DNA of 11,899 bases from Candidatus Hermodarchaeum yapensis (GTDB lineage Archaea; Asgardarchaeota; Hermodarchaeia; Hermodarchaeales; Hermodarchaeaceae): positions 1-11,899 of the forward strand of contig JAEOSK010000052.1 of assembly GCA_016840405.1 (NCBI GenBank), written 5' to 3'. Positions 9,398-11,899 of the stretch are shown one piece after another. The position numbers and the translations under genes were made by a program. The notes under the pieces were generated by a model that had not been told where the DNA came from, ran no database searches, and saw nothing but the letters and a program-made list of their open reading frames with translations. The first letter of the stretch is position 1; each line of letters begins with the position of its first letter.

Positions 9398-9545
9398 CCG
9401 TGATTTAAGTGTTTTGTGTGAACTACGCCTGCCTTCAGGCAGGTGTTTCCATCGAGTCCACTACCCAGGTAGCTTGGGGTAGGGCTGTGTGTCGATGCAA
9501 ACCAAACAAGAAATCTTGTAATGGTTCCCCGTTCACAGGAGGTTG
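9398..9545 (-). ncRNA. Predicted TnpB omegaRNA (reRNA): scaffold about 9545-9418 plus guide 9417-9398; 5' end uncertain
   Basis: Stems CTCC/GGGG (loop TGTGAAC), CATCGA/TCGATG, CTACCC/GGGTAG and CCTGCC/GGCAGG. The loop GTGAAC (9536-9531) is complementary to the terminal GTTCAC (9423-9418), forming a pseudoknot. Confidence 0.65.
9402..9417 (-). promoter_or_regulatory. Putative BRE/TATA of the rpl3 operon
   Basis: Minus strand ACAAAACA-CTTAAATC (TTAAAT at 9408-9403), about 100 nt upstream of the rpl3 ATG and directly abutting the IS right end. Confidence 0.5.
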
Positions 9546-9810
9546 CTGCGATAGAAACCGCACCATGATGTTGACTGCTGCGTTCTGGTCCCTATCAAAA
9601 GAGGTTCCACAATCGCACTGAATAATGCGCTCTGATAACCGTCGGTCCCGAACCTTGCCACAAACACAACACCTCTTGGTTGTCTGCGCCTCATCAATCC
9701 TTATTACTCTTTTACCCACTTTCTTTGCCTTGTAGGTCAAGAATTGGACGAACCGCCCCAAGAACCCCGTGTTCTGAATCGAATGATTCAACGTTCGAGC
9801 CGCCGTATCC
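9418..9810 (-). mobile_element. IS200/IS605-family remnant (right end plus 3' part of tnpB); left boundary approximate, no left end or tnpA seen
   Basis: The minus strand ends in the subterminal hairpin CCTGCC-TGAA-GGCAGG followed by CGTAGTTCAC (last base 9418), the usual right-end layout. TnpB-like sequence is recognisable only from about RTLNHSIQNTG onward. Confidence 0.8.
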
Positions 9811-9884
9811 TGCCTTGACAGTTGGGGAGTTATTGGAAAATAGGCTAAATTGGAGGTATTTCGCTGGCAAACTTTCGACCACAC
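9435..9884 (-). pseudogene. tnpB: 5'-truncated TnpB (C-terminal zinc ribbon and RuvC-III only)
   Basis: Motifs FLTYKAKKVGKRVIRIDEAQTTKRCCVCG, CDCG and DRDQNAAVNI. No WED/REC domain, RuvC-I Asp or RuvC-II acidic motif. The first ~28 codons look unrelated to TnpB. Confidence 0.85.
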
Positions 9885-9952
9885 CGCTATTCCTTTAAAC
9901 TAAAAGTACCATCCTACACGAAGGTCTGAAAAATTTCGTAACATTTTCAGGA

Positions 9953-10066
9953 GCCGGGTTAGCCAAGTGGTTACGGCGCGGGCCTTGAGAAATGGTATGT
10001 GAATACCGTTTCAAGGGAGCCTGTGGCTTCCGAGCCGCAAGGGTTCGAATCCCTTACCCGGCGCCA
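9953..10066 (+). tRNA. tRNA-Ser (anticodon TGA) with a 28-nt intron at 37/38 and encoded CCA
   Basis: Acceptor stem GCCGGGT/ACCCGGC, discriminator G, CCA. D arm GCC..GGC. Anticodon stem CGGGC/GCCTG with TGA at 9986-9988. Long variable arm GGCT-TCCG-AGCC. T arm AAGGG-TTCGAAT-CCCTT. Confidence 0.93.
9990..10017 (+). other. Archaeal tRNA intron with bulge-helix-bulge motif
   Basis: Central helix CTTG (9984-9987)/CAAG (10012-10015), bulges AG^A and GG^A, and an intron hairpin TGGTAT-GTGA-ATACCG with a GNRA loop. Confidence 0.88.
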
Positions 10067-10178
10067 CTTTCCCTATATCAAGACTTGTGGAGTCGTTCCT
10101 TTTCTTGACCATGGAAACGCCAATGTTAAAAAGCGGGAAACCTGTCATTTCCTCAAGTGTTTCACTTGGTGGTAATCT

Positions 10179-10601
10179 GTGAAATATGAGTACTTTGACG
10201 AGATTACATCGGATCAGATGTTTCGGGCATATGGAACCACACTTTCTGAAGTCTTCGAACATGCAGCCATGGCGATGTTTGGCATAATGTATGACTTAGA
10301 GGAAATCAGGATTGATAATCAAGTCAAAGTTGAGGCAAAGGGCCTAGATAAAGAAAAACTACTTTATGATTGGTTATCTAATCTTCTTCTTGAATTTGAA
10401 GTGGAAGGCGTATTTTTTGCGGAGTTTTCTGTCGAAGAAATTAATGAATCTCCCGAAAAGAAAATGCATCTGAGTGGGATAGCAAAAGGAAGTCGAACGA
10501 TGCCCGAACTTCGAACTCATGTTAAAGGAGTGACATTTCATCGGTTTGCCCTTGAAAGGGTTAATAACCAATACATTGCTACGGTGGTAGTTGATGTTTA
10601 A
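10179..10601 (+). CDS. Archease (RtcB activator)
   Basis: N-terminal YEYFDEITSD-x-FRAYG, LLYDWLSNLL, VKGVTFH and C-terminal VDV. 140 aa, GGTGGT RBS, directly upstream of rtcB. Confidence 0.92.
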   Translation: MKYEYFDEITSDQMFRAYGTTLSEVFEHAAMAMFGIMYDLEEIRIDNQVKVEAKGLDKEKLLYDWLSNLLLEFEVEGVFFAEFSVEEINESPEKKMHLSGIAKGSRTMPELRTHVKGVTFHRFALERVNNQYIATVVVDV

Positions 10602-10632
10602 CGAGATTAAACGATAGGAGGCGCATATTACA

Positions 10633-11899
10633 ATGAAGGAGAAATTGAAGCAACAAGATGAATTCCGTTGGTGGTTGGATAAGTCAGCACGAGAACGAAT
10701 GAAGGTAAGCGCTAAAATTATTGGTTCACGCAAAATTATTGACGCTTTAGAAGATGCTGCCGTTGAACAACTCACTAATGTAGCTACCCTTCCCGGAGCT
10801 GTTGAGCCGGTTCTTGCAATGCCTGACGCACATTGGGGTTATGGATTACCCATGGGTGCAGTTGGCGCATTTGATGCCGAAGAAGGGATAATCTCTGCAG
10901 GGTGTACAGGTTTTGACATCAACTGTGGCGTTCGTTTGCTTCGAACCAATCTCACCTTAGATGCCCTAAAACCAAAATTGCGCCAACTAATGGACGAACT
11001 CTTCCGTCGTGTTCCCGCGGGTGTCGGTTCAAAGGGTAAACTGCGATTAAGTGATGGTCAATTTAACGATGTCGTACGACTAGGAGCACGTTGGGCGATT
11101 GAGAATGATCATGGGATTGAAGCCGATCTCACTCACTGTGAAGAAACTGGAGGAATGGAAGGCGCAGCCACCAAGGCACCGCGTATAACAGAGAAGGCTC
11201 GACGGCGTGGTCGACCGCAACTAGGAACGTTAGGTGCGGGTAATCATTATCTAGAAGTGCAAAAAGTAGAGAAAATATTTGACGAAAATGCAGCTAAGAC
11301 GTTTGGTCTTGAATCAGGACAGATTGTCGTCATGTTGCACTGTGGTTCTCGTGGTTTTGGTCATCAGGTTGCAACAGATTACCTTGAACGCATGGCGACG
11401 GCGGTAAAGAAGTACAACATTTGGCTTCCAGATAAGCAACTTGTCTGCGCACCCGCTTCGTCACCTGAAGGACAGGACTATTATGCGGCGATGAAGGCCG
11501 CTGTCAATTTTGCCTTCTGTAACCGCCAAGTGATGACCCATTGGATTCGAGAAGGCTTTGAAGCGGTATTCAGCAAAGATTGGGAGAAGATTGGTCTAAA
11601 TCTTGTTTATGACGTGACACATAATATTTGCAAGTTCGAAACGCATGAGACGAATGGAACCAAACGTGATCTTTACGTTCACCGAAAGGGTGCAACACGT
11701 GCTTTTGGACCAGGGAACCCACTTATTCCTGAAGCCTATCGTTCTGTGGGGCAACCGGTATTAATTGGTGGCTCGATGGGAACCGCTTCATACGTTCTCG
11801 TGGGTACAGAACAAGCCATGAAGGAAACTTTCGGTTCGACATGCCATGGTGCTGGGCGTGCTATGTCACGCAAAGCCGCAATCCGCCGATATCATGGAC
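10633..11899 (+). CDS. rtcB: RtcB tRNA-splicing ligase (3' end outside window; absent from the ORF track because no stop is reached)
   Basis: Manual translation from the ATG at 10633 (GGAGG RBS) gives MPDAHWGYGLPMG, GFDINCGVR, QLGTLGAGNHYLEVQ, HCGSRGFGHQ, YDVTHN, VHRKGAT, GSMG and STCHGAGR. The frame is open to the window edge. Confidence 0.97.
   Translation, partial: MKEKLKQQDEFRWWLDKSARERMKVSAKIIGSRKIIDALEDAAVEQLTNVATLPGAVEPVLAMPDAHWGYGLPMGAVGAFDAEEGIISAGCTGFDINCGVRLLRTNLTLDALKPKLRQLMDELFRRVPAGVGSKGKLRLSDGQFNDVVRLGARWAIENDHGIEADLTHCEETGGMEGAATKAPRITEKARRRGRPQLGTLGAGNHYLEVQKVEKIFDENAAKTFGLESGQIVVMLHCGSRGFGHQVATDYLERMATAVKKYNIWLPDKQLVCAPASSPEGQDYYAAMKAAVNFAFCNRQVMTHWIREGFEAVFSKDWEKIGLNLVYDVTHNICKFETHETNGTKRDLYVHRKGATRAFGPGNPLIPEAYRSVGQPVLIGGSMGTASYVLVGTEQAMKETFGSTCHGAGRAMSRKAAIRRYHG

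Noticed and set aside
9398-9417. A second target for the predicted guide inside the window
   Set aside because: By eye only short matches were found (ACAAAAC near 5754 and CTTAAAT at the ECF promoter), too short to be meaningful.
9435-9884. A functional ultra-compact 149-aa TnpB/Cas12f-like nuclease
   Set aside because: Only RuvC-III and the zinc ribbon are present; two of the three catalytic motifs and the WED/REC domains are missing, and the GTG start has no convincing RBS.
9984-10018. tRNA-Leu(CAA) or tRNA-Sec(TCA), suggested by TTCAAG at 10010-10015
   Set aside because: That sequence lies in the intron and forms the BHB helix. Stem geometry puts TGA at positions 34-36, and G73 with a 7-bp acceptor stem fits Ser.
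10040-10178. Integrated element at the tRNA 3' end
   Set aside because: No integrase and no duplicated tRNA 3' end are visible; archease follows directly.
9144-10775. Small ORFs 9144-9359, 9409-9621, 9680-9898, 10011-10262 and 10374-10775
   Set aside because: They are antisense to rpl3, tnpB, the tRNA, archease or rtcB and show no protein-like motifs.
10900-10935. Intein in rtcB at the DINC site
   Set aside because: GFDINCGVR is continuous and no insertion appears in the visible part of the gene.
1-11899. CRISPR array or cas genes
   Set aside because: No regularly spaced direct repeats and no cas-like ORFs were seen.

Overview
Archaeal housekeeping window, judged from the group II chaperonin, archaeal-type uL3/uL4/uL23/uL2, BHB-intron tRNA and archease-RtcB pair. 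The lineage cannot be fixed from sequence alone; Asgard or TACK-like is only a guess. Gene order: partial membrane protein (+); QueD/PTPS, thermosome subunit and an ECF S-component-like protein (-); gcvPA-gcvPB (+); rpl3-rpl4-rpl23-rpl2 (-); a 5'-truncated IS200/IS605 tnpB remnant (-); intron-containing tRNA-Ser(UGA), archease and partial rtcB (+). The most unusual part is 9299-9950. The tnpB has lost most of its N-terminal coding region but keeps an apparently intact right end and omegaRNA scaffold (stems plus pseudoknot). The predicted guide covers the putative BRE/TATA of the ribosomal protein operon, and the scaffold carries a 15/17 copy of the rpl3 RBS and start-codon region exactly 150 bp upstream of it. 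All calls come from motif recognition by eye; no searches were run.
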